Of a stretch of DNA of 64,000 nt, positions 19,301 to 31,808 are shown piece after piece; the stretch's first letter is position 1, and every line of letters begins with the position of its first letter. The stretch lies in assembly GCA_963801815.1 (NCBI GenBank), contig CAWDGJ010000003.1:64001-128000 (forward strand), written 5' to 3'. Both the position numbers and the translations under genes were made by a program. Under the pieces are notes generated by a model. It saw nothing but the letters and a program-made list of their open reading frames with translations. It was not told the DNA's origin and ran no database searches. Source of the DNA: an uncultured Verrucomicrobiae bacterium (GTDB lineage: Bacteria; Verrucomicrobiota; Verrucomicrobiia; Chthoniobacterales; UBA10450).

Positions 19301-20000
19301 CATTCCTCAGATCCTGATGAGCGGCGCTCTAATTAAATATGAGGACATGAATCGGAACCTCAGCCTGGTGTATTCGCTGACGCGCTGGTTCCACGAACAT
19401 CCTAACAAAGACCGCGGCAAAAAGATGGACAGCAGATTGGAGGTGCCCTTCGTTTGTCAGTTTATCCCGATGCGCTGGTCCTACGAAGAAATGGTCGTCG
19501 CCCAGGCCAAATTGAATCCGCTGACTTCACGACAGGACCGGGCGCAACGCGAGATCGACGCAATCGTTGCAAAACACTCGTCTGATCCGGCGGATGGGAA
19601 ACGGCTCGATGAGCTGAAGGAAGTGCTCGCGGTGCTGTCTGGTCTCGAAGCGAAATCGGCCAAAGAGCTCGATCATTATCTCAAGAAGGTCGACCTGGTG
19701 TTCAATCGGAAGAAGGCGTTCGACCCGCAGGATTTCAAAGACGCAAAGGGGGCGGTCACGGCGGAGCAGATTTATGTGAACCAAAAGGTCTCCGACTTGA
19801 TTTCGAACGCCGAGATGGAGCAGAGCGACTACCGTCGCGGCACCAGGCCGAATGTTTTCTTCGGTGCGGAAAAAGGTTATCTCGGAGTGAAGATCAGTGT
19901 CTTTCTCTTCAACACAGTTGTCCTGATTGGATCGACCATTGGCTTGCTCGGACTGTTGTACTGGATCTTGCGGCGGCAACTCGAAGTCCGGCGCACTTGA
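16386..20000 (+). CDS. Large ABCG/White-type ABC half-transporter with TerB-like and FHA-like N-terminal domains
   Basis: SKADG...EEI (TerB-like); beta-rich repeats (..PGQRILVGD, PLKDGDTIRI); GASGCGKST, LSGGE, LFDEPTSGL, TIHQP; CPAC; ABC-2 TM region with RER and LIPQILMSG. Confidence 0.88.
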   Translation: MTPLVSTVAEKLDRAVQKVTPLAYRVRRQGRRLVRRALRKPRSVAEGPNLLPLLIQVLASFSKADGVLLEEEIDSSLGFLRYDYPETVYSELRQLFRQALYEQQDLAAMAQKLSTQLSTERKIMLGVQLYDLISQAGLKQEQVVAFYSFMSLLGMAAQAIDIVYQLNASEDADPSIYQRGASPLESLSFANNGKADVKMKSLTDADRLMAFRYHELILLKNYSGQNVSVRGRPLLRGGFCRIYPGQRILVGDTVLTYQELAQYFNAKKNVSVPQIYVRVNKDADEVALERARTRESALEIAFGLKVRIKALRDVDAVLNGVKLKAGAQVEASLEDRITFHNNSEMDLSDLRRRARALGGRFQLKASKSEYLVSNDPSKLQADDILLSPGTAGDVLLKIFCDYDKRVGQLEVIEADRPIMVGEASVRTTYPLKDGDTIRIDIGQFLRCNFSERIIEEERNIIRTYELSEVTHRFGSGDIALDGISFGLTRGELVCVMGASGCGKSTLLRVLAGQLQPSSGNVYLNGRSLYPNLDELKKYVSYIPQEDAFDEHLTIGENLQFAAAIRSPHLSRRDRVRRLEAKLVELGLGERRDAVVGAASKKTLSGGERKRLNIGLDMIGMSDVYLFDEPTSGLSSKDSEHVIEIIRSMAHNKIIIVTIHQPSSKLFQMFHKAVLLDKGGRLVFFGTPTEMLRYFAEAEHQHQFGAEMGACPACGTTRPEFIFDVLETPLRDLSGDIIYEENSRGQLVAARRYSPEFWRDKYEAFRLIQDVKQVSLRREHAPPVPATAAQKRKRTPIRWHDEWTQFRALLRRSFISKLRNRANIWITTCAAPVLALLIGTLLRYSESGKYDFASAFHIPTYLFLGLLVAMFLSLTNSADDIIRDRPVLQRERNLDVRLPYYIFAKMSSLSVFALVQCVLFVLLGNYVLEIRGMFWLHLGLMFMTSVGSLALGLLVSSIVSDAKTAANIVPLVLIPQILMSGALIKYEDMNRNLSLVYSLTRWFHEHPNKDRGKKMDSRLEVPFVCQFIPMRWSYEEMVVAQAKLNPLTSRQDRAQREIDAIVAKHSSDPADGKRLDELKEVLAVLSGLEAKSAKELDHYLKKVDLVFNRKKAFDPQDFKDAKGAVTAEQIYVNQKVSDLISNAEMEQSDYRRGTRPNVFFGAEKGYLGVKISVFLFNTVVLIGSTIGLLGLLYWILRRQLEVRRT

Positions 20001-20006
20001 TTGCAA

Positions 20007-20142
20007 TAACACCGCGCTTCAGCGCGGTGAGACTCAGCCACTTTTCGCGCGAACCGCGTTAGCGGTTTTCATCCTGGAGAAAACTGCTGAAGCAGTTTGG
20101 GATGGCCCGTTGCCGTTGACACCCCGCTGAAGCGGGGTGTTA
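20007..20142. repeat. REP-like element with terminal hairpins in inverted orientation
   Basis: TAA-CACCGCGCT-TC-AGCGCGGTG ... CACCCCGCT-GA-AGCGGGGTG-TTA, plus two internal hairpins (AACCGC/GCGGTT, AAACTGCT/AGCAGTTT). Confidence 0.75.
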
Positions 20143-20166
20143 GTGGAGTTCGTTTTCGAAATTCTC

Positions 20167-21291
20167 ATGGCGACCACAACCAATGGCGAAACGAAGCTCA
20201 TTGTCGCGCCGAGCGACATCGACGCTGATATGCTTTATGCGACGAAGTTCTGGGCGGGGGATCCGTTCATTTTTCTGCAGCAAGACGGCAAACGCACGAT
20301 TGTTTTGAGCGATTTAGAAATGGGCCGCGGGCGGAAAAACGCGAAGGTCGACGAATTTGTTTCGTTTAATCAGCTCGAGCGCGAAGTGCAGGGAAGTTCG
20401 AAACAAGCGCCGCCATTTGAAAAAGTGCTCGGGCATTTTCTGCGGAAGCGCGGCGTGAAGAGCGCGACGGTGCCGGCAAGTTTCCACCTTGGCTATGCCC
20501 GCGAGCTGCAGGATGTCGATCTTTCCACACCCGATGGATTGTTTTGGCCCGCGCGCGAAGCGAAGACCGACGAAGAACTGAAACTCATTGGTCGCGCATT
20601 GCGGATCACTGAGACCGGACTCAAACGAGCGATGGAGGTTTTGAAGGCGTCGAAGCCGAAAGGGAAGAAACTGATTTGGTCGGGCAAACCGCTGACGTCG
20701 GAATTACTCCGCGCTGAAATCGACACCGCGATATTGCGCGCCGGTGGCGTGGCGATGAACACGATCGTTGCCGGTGGGGACCAAGCCTGCGATCCGCACG
20801 AGCGCGGCTCCGGGCCGCTTCCCGCGAATTCGTTGATCATTCTCGACATTTTCCCGCGCGATTCGCGATCCGGCTACTGGGGCGACATGACGCGAACGGT
20901 TGTGCGCGGACGCGCGAGCGATGCGCAACGCAAACTTTGGCAAACGGTGTTGGACGGACAGGAACTCGCGCTTCGCGAAATCAAAGACGGCGTTGACGGA
21001 ATGACGATCCACAAGGCGATCCAGGCGCTGTTCAAGAAGCGTGGTTATCCGACCGAAGTTCGCAACGGCGTGAATGTCGGATTCTTTCACGGGACCGGCC
21101 ACGGACTAGGATTGGAGATTCACGAATATCCGCGCCTGCAAAAGGTTGTTCTCAAAGATCGACAATGTCTTACCGTCGAGCCGGGGCTTTATTATCCCGG
21201 TCTGGGCGGCGTTCGGCACGAAGACGTGGTGGTTGTGACCAAGACCGGTTGCAAAATTTTGTCGCGATTCCCCAAGCCATTGGAGATTTAA
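20167..21291 (+). CDS. Xaa-Pro aminopeptidase (M24 family)
   Basis: IILDI, GYWGDMTRT, HGTGHGLGLEIHE, TVEPGLY, GGVRHED. Confidence 0.94.
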   Translation: MATTTNGETKLIVAPSDIDADMLYATKFWAGDPFIFLQQDGKRTIVLSDLEMGRGRKNAKVDEFVSFNQLEREVQGSSKQAPPFEKVLGHFLRKRGVKSATVPASFHLGYARELQDVDLSTPDGLFWPAREAKTDEELKLIGRALRITETGLKRAMEVLKASKPKGKKLIWSGKPLTSELLRAEIDTAILRAGGVAMNTIVAGGDQACDPHERGSGPLPANSLIILDIFPRDSRSGYWGDMTRTVVRGRASDAQRKLWQTVLDGQELALREIKDGVDGMTIHKAIQALFKKRGYPTEVRNGVNVGFFHGTGHGLGLEIHEYPRLQKVVLKDRQCLTVEPGLYYPGLGGVRHEDVVVVTKTGCKILSRFPKPLEI

Positions 21292-21343
21292 GTAGCGGCG
21301 ATTTGACCTCAATCGCCATGGCGGTTCGGTGAACCGCCACTGC
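21292..21343. repeat. GTAG-type REP-like double hairpin
   Basis: GTAGC-GGCGATT..AATCGCC-AT-GGCGGTTC-GGT-GAACCGCC-ACTGC; same layout as 1041-1099. Confidence 0.65.
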
Positions 21344-21348
21344 CAAAT

Positions 21349-21375
21349 GAACGCCTGTTCAGCTTGAGCGTCTAA
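21349..21375 (+). promoter_or_regulatory. ECF (sigmaE-like) promoter, site 2, upstream of the peptidase-sigma-antisigma-HtrA-like operon
   Basis: GAAC-gcctgttcagcttgagc(17)-GTCTAA, 25 nt before ATG 21401. Confidence 0.65.
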
Positions 21376-21400
21376 TCTAGGCAACTAGATTACCACAGGC

Positions 21401-22096
21401 ATGTTCTATCCATTAGGGTTTGGGAATCACTGGCTGCTCTACATCGGTGTTCCGCTGATCCTCGGGATTTGGGCGCAGATTCGGGTGAGCGGTGCGTTCA
21501 ATCGCTGGGGAAAAGTGCGGGCTTCCGCCAACATTACCGGCGCGGAGTGCGCGCGCGAGATCTTGCAGGCCGCACAAATCCACGATGTCGACGTTGTGCA
21601 GACCGACGGATTTCTGGGCGATCACTACGACCCGGCGAACAAAAAACTTTGTCTGTCGAGTAATGTCTATAACACGCCGTCGGTGGCCGCGCTGGGAATT
21701 GCGGCGCACGAAACCGGTCACGCAATCCAGCACGCGAAAGCGTATGCGCCATTGAAATGGCGAATGGCGATCGTGCCGGTGACGATGGTCGCGTCGCAAA
21801 TGCTGCCGTTCATCATCATTGGCGGACTGTGGTTTCGCATTACCGGCCTGATCACGCTCGGCATCTATTGTTATCTGATCCTCGCGATCTTCCAGTTGAT
21901 CACGTTGCCGGTGGAATTCGACGCTTCACGGCGCGCGAAAATTATTTTGCAACAAATGCGAATCATTCAGCCGGGCGAGGAAACCGCAGGCGTGAACAAC
22001 GTCCTCAACGCCGCTGCGCTCACTTACGTGGCGGCTTTTATCGCCGCCCTCGGAAACCTGCTGTGGTTGATGTCCATGCGCGATAGGCGAAATTAA
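21401..22096 (+). CDS. Membrane zinc metallopeptidase (YugP/Zn_peptidase_2 family)
   Basis: TGAE.AR.IL, L.DHYDP, AAHETGHAIQH (HExxH), TLPVEFDAS.RA, AAALTYVA. Confidence 0.93.
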   Translation: MFYPLGFGNHWLLYIGVPLILGIWAQIRVSGAFNRWGKVRASANITGAECAREILQAAQIHDVDVVQTDGFLGDHYDPANKKLCLSSNVYNTPSVAALGIAAHETGHAIQHAKAYAPLKWRMAIVPVTMVASQMLPFIIIGGLWFRITGLITLGIYCYLILAIFQLITLPVEFDASRRAKIILQQMRIIQPGEETAGVNNVLNAAALTYVAAFIAALGNLLWLMSMRDRRN

Positions 22097-22209
22097 GCGG
22101 ATTCCAATTGAAGAACATGAATCCTGCAATCGCGTTACGACCGGCCCGGCGTATTGCCGATTTGTTGTCGTCCGGCCCGGATGCTGATGCTAAGTCTAAA
22201 AAGAAGGCG

Positions 22210-22806
22210 ATGGACGAAGCCCGCAAGGATGAAGATCAGCAGCTAGTGGCGCGCACCCAGCAGGGGGATGCCGGCGCGTTCGACGATTTGGTCGTCAAGT
22301 ACACGCCGCGTCTTTACGGACTCGTTTACAATATGACCTCGAACCACGAGGACACGAACGACCTGTTGCAGGACATTTTCGCCAAGGCTTACAAAGCAAT
22401 CCGCGGCTTTCGGGGCAAATCGTCGTTCTACACATGGATCCACTCCATCGCCGTAAACATGACCCTGAACTTCCTCAAAAAGCGTGGACGGCGCTATTCG
22501 CTGAGCCTGGACGACGTCGACGCCAGCATTCAGAACGACAAGGAATTCCTCGAAGCCACCGCTTCCAGCAGCCCGGTGAGGGAAGCGGACCTGTCAGAGC
22601 TCCAAAAAAGGTTGAACGAGGCGATGATGAAATTGTCTGATGAACACAGAGCTGTGGTAACAATGTTTCATATCCAGGGGATGCCCCACGCAGAGATCAG
22701 TAAAATCTTGAATGTTTCTGAAGGCACAGTACGATCCCGTCTCTTCTACGCCAACCGGCAGCTGCAAAACTATCTGGACGAATTTCGGAAGAACCCGGTC
22801 ACCTGA
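22210..22806 (+). CDS. rpoE: ECF sigma factor (RpoE-like)
   Basis: DQQLV.R.Q.GD..AF..LV.KY, DLLQDIF.KAY, FRGKSSFYTWI..IAVN, EI..IL....GTVRSRL. An alternative start at 22117 is possible. Confidence 0.93.
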   Translation: MDEARKDEDQQLVARTQQGDAGAFDDLVVKYTPRLYGLVYNMTSNHEDTNDLLQDIFAKAYKAIRGFRGKSSFYTWIHSIAVNMTLNFLKKRGRRYSLSLDDVDASIQNDKEFLEATASSSPVREADLSELQKRLNEAMMKLSDEHRAVVTMFHIQGMPHAEISKILNVSEGTVRSRLFYANRQLQNYLDEFRKNPVT

Positions 22807-22818
22807 TCTGCGCTCAAA

Positions 22819-23310
22819 ATGGACGAATTCAACGACACTGAAATTGCGAAATTGCTTCGACTGAAGCGATACGAACAACCGCCTCCGGGCTATTTCGACG
22901 ACTTCCTTCACGAATTTCATCGCCGCCAGCGTAACGAACTTTTGCGGCAACCGCTTTGGCGGATCTGTGTCGATCGGGCGCGCGATTTTGTATTCCAGTT
23001 CAATCTTTCCACTCTCACTTCTTCTCCAGTCGCAGTTACGGCCGTTCTGATTTGCGCGGCCGTTCTTTCACTGCGGATCTATCAAACACCCCAGCCGGCG
23101 ACGGTTGCCTTTAAGGAACGATCTGCTCTCGCCGTTCCTGCCAGCACCGAGGACGAGTGGACTCTGGCATCACCCGTGGCCACACGGGTTTTCACCACGC
23201 GGTCGCTTCGCAATATGACGGAAAGCGCCCAAACTCACCGAACCGGTACGCCGCCGCGCTACGTGCTCGACAGCGTGCCCGTGAGTTATGAGACGACTTT
23301 CAAGTTTTAG
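22819..23310 (+). CDS. Probable anti-sigma factor (single TM)
   Basis: Immediately follows the ECF sigma gene. Cytoplasmic LLRLKRYEQPPPGYFDDFL.EF, one TM helix, short periplasmic tail. Confidence 0.6.
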   Translation: MDEFNDTEIAKLLRLKRYEQPPPGYFDDFLHEFHRRQRNELLRQPLWRICVDRARDFVFQFNLSTLTSSPVAVTAVLICAAVLSLRIYQTPQPATVAFKERSALAVPASTEDEWTLASPVATRVFTTRSLRNMTESAQTHRTGTPPRYVLDSVPVSYETTFKF

Positions 23311-24409
23311 AATCGCCAATCGTCTGTTGGCGCCGCGGTTTCGAATCATTTCGAAGGTCGCATTTACCTTTGGTTTTATCGCTTTGGCGGCGAGTAATCG
23401 CCAGTCGAATGCGCAAACACAACCGCAGCCTGACCAATCAGCCGCACCTCCCAGCCAGGAGAAATCTGTCGTGACCATCAGTCGCGAGGTGAAAGAAGTT
23501 TTCGACCGCTGCGCCAAAGCCGTCGTGAAAATCGACGCGACTGATCAACATGGCGATCTCTCCGGCACCGGTTTCTTTGTCGATCCCACGGGCACGCTTT
23601 ACACCGCTTATTCAGTCGGTGGCGAAGCCGAGAACATCAACGTCGAGTTTAAGGGCAAGAAATATCCGGCGCATCAGCTGATGGCCGATTTGCGCAGCGG
23701 GATAGCAATGTTAAAGGTCGACCTGGCCAGCCCAGCGCTACCCATCGGAAATTCGGACCAACTCGAAATCGCCACTCCGGTGGTGACGATTGGCTATCCA
23801 CTCGATCTTTCAGAAACCCCTAGCTTCGGCATGATCGCCGGGTTCGATCGCAAATGTAACGGTGGGTATTTTCCGACCAGGCATTTGCGGGTGAATTTGC
23901 CGCCGCAACGCGGAGAGGGTGGTGCGCCACTTTTGAATTTGAAAGGGGAGGTCGTCGGAATTCTACTTTACAGCTTCGAAAGCAATTCCTGTTATGCGTT
24001 GCCGATCGAGGCCGCAGAAAAACTTCGCAGCGATTATGTCCGCTTCGGCGAGCCTCGGTATGGCTGGATTGGGACCAACGTCCAAGAAGCCGCTGCGGCG
24101 GTCGAGGGCTCGCGAGCTGTGACGACAAAGGTGATGAAGGACACGCCAGCCGCCGAAGCTGGTCTCAAGCCGGGCGACGTGGTTCTTCAAATTGGTCGGA
24201 CAAAGGTGCATGAGCCTGAAGACATTCTCGAAGCGTCGTTCTTTTTGACTGCCGGCGACGCGGTGCCGATAACCGTTGCGCGTGACGGTGAAAAGATCAC
24301 ATTTCAGATTCAGGCGGACTCATATCCAGACGGACGGCTGGCGGCGCCCCCATCTTTGAATCGAGCGATGCCGCTGAATCTGCAGTCCGTGCCGCAAGGC
24401 ACGCCATAA
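23288..24409 (+). CDS. HtrA-like trypsin plus PDZ protein lacking the catalytic triad (pseudoprotease)
   Basis: GTGFFVD, IGYPL, GWIG, PAAEAGLKPGDVV (PDZ). Triad positions read TAYSVG / SGIAMLK / GEGGAP instead of TNxHVV / TDVAVIK / GNSGGP. Confidence 0.85.
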   Translation: MRRLSSFRIANRLLAPRFRIISKVAFTFGFIALAASNRQSNAQTQPQPDQSAAPPSQEKSVVTISREVKEVFDRCAKAVVKIDATDQHGDLSGTGFFVDPTGTLYTAYSVGGEAENINVEFKGKKYPAHQLMADLRSGIAMLKVDLASPALPIGNSDQLEIATPVVTIGYPLDLSETPSFGMIAGFDRKCNGGYFPTRHLRVNLPPQRGEGGAPLLNLKGEVVGILLYSFESNSCYALPIEAAEKLRSDYVRFGEPRYGWIGTNVQEAAAAVEGSRAVTTKVMKDTPAAEAGLKPGDVVLQIGRTKVHEPEDILEASFFLTAGDAVPITVARDGEKITFQIQADSYPDGRLAAPPSLNRAMPLNLQSVPQGTP

Positions 24410-24415
24410 GACGTC

Positions 24416-25969
24416 CTATTTTTTATAACTTAGGGAATCTTTTCCTAAAACCGGTGTGATTTCTCGCGGTCCTCCCCAGCGGAATGTCACTGCCGCGCTA
24501 ACGATATCGACTGCAGCGTCAAACTTTCCGCGAAGCTCGTGTCCCTGGTTATCCGTGACATCCACTCCCGGATCCTGAACGAACAAGTGCGCGTAGCCGA
24601 CATCGATGTCCATGTAATTGGTAGGCGACCAACGGAAACCGGTGCCCAGAAAAATGCGATCGTTATCAGGAATGCGCGGTGTTCGGAACTCGTTGCTAGC
24701 AATCGGCGTCTCGTCGTAGGCGACTCCGAAGCGCGCCGTGACATTTTTGCAGGCATACCACTCGAAACCTCCTGCGACGCGGACGCTGTCGTCATATTTA
24801 ATTTGAAGAACGCTCGAAGGCGTCGTCGGATTTGAAAATACAATCGGCACTTGTTGCAGCCGGCTCCACTCGGTCCAAGTGACGTCGCCGAGGAAGGCGA
24901 ACTGGCGCTCGAACCGCTGATAAAGGCTAACGTGAAGAATTGAAGGCAAGTCGAGTTGTGCTGTCGCGTCTTGATTGAAAAAGATGCTTTGAAAGAGACC
25001 GGGAACTGGAAACTGGACGGGCGCGCCGGGTGCGGTGATTAACGGGACTCGGCGGAATTCGGCGTCGCCTTCAATGGTGTGATCGATGGCGGATCGGAAG
25101 CTCACGCCGAAGCGTCCGTCTTGAAAAAACGATTGCTCGTCACCTTTCATGTATTCAAGCAGGGCTCCAAGAGTGAAGCCCACGGCCCAATCGTTTCCTT
25201 GCACTTCAGAAACACCATCGCGGCCGCCCGGAAAGAAACCGGCGTTCAAGTAAGCTGCCTCGGTTGGTGCGACGAGAAGTGGCGGAAGGGCGCCGAAGAA
25301 TTGAGCGAGCGGCTGTTGAGAAGCGAGACCAAAATCGATTGCCTGCGTCAATCGCGCCGAGACGTATTGAATATCCAAGCCGGCACCCAACGACAATCTG
25401 TCCCAAATCCGATATGCGACTGTGGGCTGAATATCGAGAGTCGTCAGTTTCGTCCGCAGCGCTTGATATCGTCCAACCCACTCCGGGCTGTAGTCCGTCT
25501 CCAGCCCGAACGGCGCCGTTACGCCGATGCCCAACGTGAGATCACCGTACTTCGAACCGCGAAGAACAGGCTGCGTTAAATAGAGATTCGGCAGAACATG
25601 GGCAACGCCTCCGTCGCCGTCGTTTCCGCCACTCAACGGCAGGCCATTGAATGGCGTGCCCGGCAAATTGTAGCGGGAGCCTTCATTGCTGAAGGTCGCA
25701 CTTGGGAATAGTCCGTGCGCACCGAGTTGTAATTCTCCCTGGTCGAGAAGGACAATGCCGGCCGGATTGAAGAATAACGTTGATGCGTCCTCGGCCTGTG
25801 CGGCGCCGCCCGCGTATGCAGTGCCGAGACCGCTGACGCTCTGTTCGTTCAATGCAAAACTCCCCGCCTCCGCGACCAGCGGAACCCCGAGGGCAACGAT
25901 TCCGAAAAAGAAACGGATTGTGGAGGTGGGCACGAGCTCACGAGTTAATGCACCCGGTCGGCCGAACAC
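24416..25969 (-). CDS. fadL: Outer-membrane long-chain fatty acid transporter (FadL/OmpP1 family)
   Basis: GSFALNEQS..GLG.AYAG, DASTLFFNPAG, APFGL.TDY, RIPDNDR. Start codon uncertain. Confidence 0.88.
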   Translation of the reverse strand: MFGRPGALTRELVPTSTIRFFFGIVALGVPLVAEAGSFALNEQSVSGLGTAYAGGAAQAEDASTLFFNPAGIVLLDQGELQLGAHGLFPSATFSNEGSRYNLPGTPFNGLPLSGGNDGDGGVAHVLPNLYLTQPVLRGSKYGDLTLGIGVTAPFGLETDYSPEWVGRYQALRTKLTTLDIQPTVAYRIWDRLSLGAGLDIQYVSARLTQAIDFGLASQQPLAQFFGALPPLLVAPTEAAYLNAGFFPGGRDGVSEVQGNDWAVGFTLGALLEYMKGDEQSFFQDGRFGVSFRSAIDHTIEGDAEFRRVPLITAPGAPVQFPVPGLFQSIFFNQDATAQLDLPSILHVSLYQRFERQFAFLGDVTWTEWSRLQQVPIVFSNPTTPSSVLQIKYDDSVRVAGGFEWYACKNVTARFGVAYDETPIASNEFRTPRIPDNDRIFLGTGFRWSPTNYMDIDVGYAHLFVQDPGVDVTDNQGHELRGKFDAAVDIVSAAVTFRWGGPREITPVLGKDSLSYKK

Positions 25970-25997
25970 AATCCGAAAACTCGCGCGCGCCGGCGGA

Positions 25998-29953
<3,956 letters not shown>

Positions 29954-30042
29954 AACGTGGGTCTGCGCCGTCCAATTTTTGGCACGCGCGACCGCGCATA
30001 GTAAAACGAATTAAGATCAACAACCTCAACTGAAAGGAAGTT

Positions 30043-30192
30043 ATGCTTTGGACTATCTTTGTTATTCTGCTGATTCTTTGGCTACTTGGTTTTGTCGGCT
30101 TCCACGTATTGGGCGCTTACATCCACATTCTGCTTTTGATCGCCCTGGTGATTCTCATTCTGCAATTGATTGGCGGCCGGCGACCGTTGTAG
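30043..30192 (+). CDS. Small membrane protein, lmo0937 family (49 aa; below the ORF-track cutoff)
   Basis: MLWTIFVILLILWLLGFVGFHVLGAYIHILLLIALVILILQLIGGRRPL, with AAAGGAAG upstream. Confidence 0.85.
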   Translation: MLWTIFVILLILWLLGFVGFHVLGAYIHILLLIALVILILQLIGGRRPL

Positions 30193-30202
30193 CATCGCGG
30201 TT

Positions 30203-30423
30203 GTGAAACCAACTGGACTCATTGGCGTAATTCTCATCATCGTTGGAATTGTCGGTTTTGCCTGGGGCGGCCTTCATTGGTCCACGGAGAAAAAGATGCC
30301 CAGATTGGTCCGCTCGAAATCAAGCACACCGAGAATCAGGGCATTAACTTTCCGCCGATTGTCAGCGGCATTTGTCTGGTCGGCGGGATTGCCTTGGTCG
30401 CCCTCGGCGCACGTAAGACTTAA
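30203..30423 (+). CDS. Small two-TM membrane protein with a one-base deletion in an A-run
   Basis: Adding one A at 30290-30294 gives MKPTGLIGVILIIVGIVGFAWGG...EKKDAQIGPLEI...PPIVSGICLVGGIALVALGARKT*. Confidence 0.7.
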
Positions 30424-30467
30424 CAGGACTGTTTACTTCCAGAAATCGCTCTGATTGAATTTGTTCC

Positions 30468-31808
30468 GTGGCCGAATCAATCAATCGGCGCGCGATTAGC
30501 TGGCTTCGCGGCCAACTCCCCGAATTGGTCGCAGCCGGTGCGATCTCTTCTGAGAACGCGGCCGCGATTGAGCGGCATTACGGACCGGTCGAATCGCGGA
30601 CGAATTTTGGTTTCATAATCCTCGCTACCGTCGGCGCAGCGCTTGTGGGCGCGGGAATCATTCTTCTCATCGCGCATAATTGGGACGATCTTAGTCGGGC
30701 GACGCGCACCGCGATCGCATTCGCTCCTTTGCTGATCGCGCAAGCGTTAGTTGTGTTTGTGATGATACGGCGAGACGAATCGCGCCCCTGGCGTGAAGCT
30801 GTCGCGCTCTTTGATGTCGCCGCCGTCGCAACCGCGATCTCGCTGATCAGCCAAACGTTTCAAATTCAAGGAACGCTCGAGTCGTTCATGCGCATTTGGC
30901 TGATTCTCAGTATTCCGATTGTTTATCTCTTGCGAACGACGCTCGGAGCCGTCCTCTATGCTATCGGCACAATCGTCTGGCTTTTCAATCGCTGGACTTT
31001 TTTCGGCGCCCCACAAAGTCCTAATTTTTTCTGGCTGTTGTTCGTCCTGGTCATTCCTTATTTCCTGATCCGGTATCGGGAGAAGCGTGACAGTCATGAA
31101 ACTGCCACGCTCGCGATTGTTCTGGCCTTGGCATCGATCATTGCTCTGGGATTTACAGCGGAGTACGCAAAAGCGGATCTCGGCGGCGTCGGCTTCGCCG
31201 GCCTGATGGCGACAATTTATGTCGTGGGCATCAAAATTTTTCCCCGCACGGATGAGCGCTTGTCTGCGCTGGCGCTTCTCGGTGGCGTCGGGATCGGCGT
31301 TACCGCGATTGTTTTGAGTTTTGAATCGACCTGGCACATGTCATCGCGCGAGGTGGAATGGGCAAAACGTAGCGGCGACGCGAATCTAGCGCTGGCTATC
31401 GAACTTTTGTTTCCGCTCGCGGCGGTGTGTCTGGCGGCTTGGGGTTTCTTTCGCAAGCAACGGCGATTTAGTGTCTCGGCCGCCGCTTTTCCAATCATTG
31501 CCGCTCTCGCGTGGGTGATTACGAATTTGTGCGACTACGCGAATACAAGCACGCGTTGCTCGTTTGCGGCAGCGACGTTCATCAACTGCTACACATTATT
31601 GCTCGGCATCGACATTCTTTCCCGCGGCATTCGCACGAACAGCCTTGCTCGCGCAAACTTCGGCCTTGTCCTCATCGCTGCGCTCGCGGTCAGCCGTTTC
31701 TTCGATAGCGATCTCAGTTTTATCACACGCGGACTCGGCTTTATCGCTGTTGGCGGGGGATTTCTTGTCGCCAATGTTCTCTTATTCAAGAAACGGGCTG
31801 CGGCATGA
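30468..31808 (+). CDS. DUF2157-domain membrane protein
   Basis: G.IS.E.A..I..HY, GAALVGAGIILLIAHNWDDL, LISQTFQI; about 12 TM helices. Confidence 0.85.
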   Translation: MAESINRRAISWLRGQLPELVAAGAISSENAAAIERHYGPVESRTNFGFIILATVGAALVGAGIILLIAHNWDDLSRATRTAIAFAPLLIAQALVVFVMIRRDESRPWREAVALFDVAAVATAISLISQTFQIQGTLESFMRIWLILSIPIVYLLRTTLGAVLYAIGTIVWLFNRWTFFGAPQSPNFFWLLFVLVIPYFLIRYREKRDSHETATLAIVLALASIIALGFTAEYAKADLGGVGFAGLMATIYVVGIKIFPRTDERLSALALLGGVGIGVTAIVLSFESTWHMSSREVEWAKRSGDANLALAIELLFPLAAVCLAAWGFFRKQRRFSVSAAAFPIIAALAWVITNLCDYANTSTRCSFAAATFINCYTLLLGIDILSRGIRTNSLARANFGLVLIAALAVSRFFDSDLSFITRGLGFIAVGGGFLVANVLLFKKRAAA

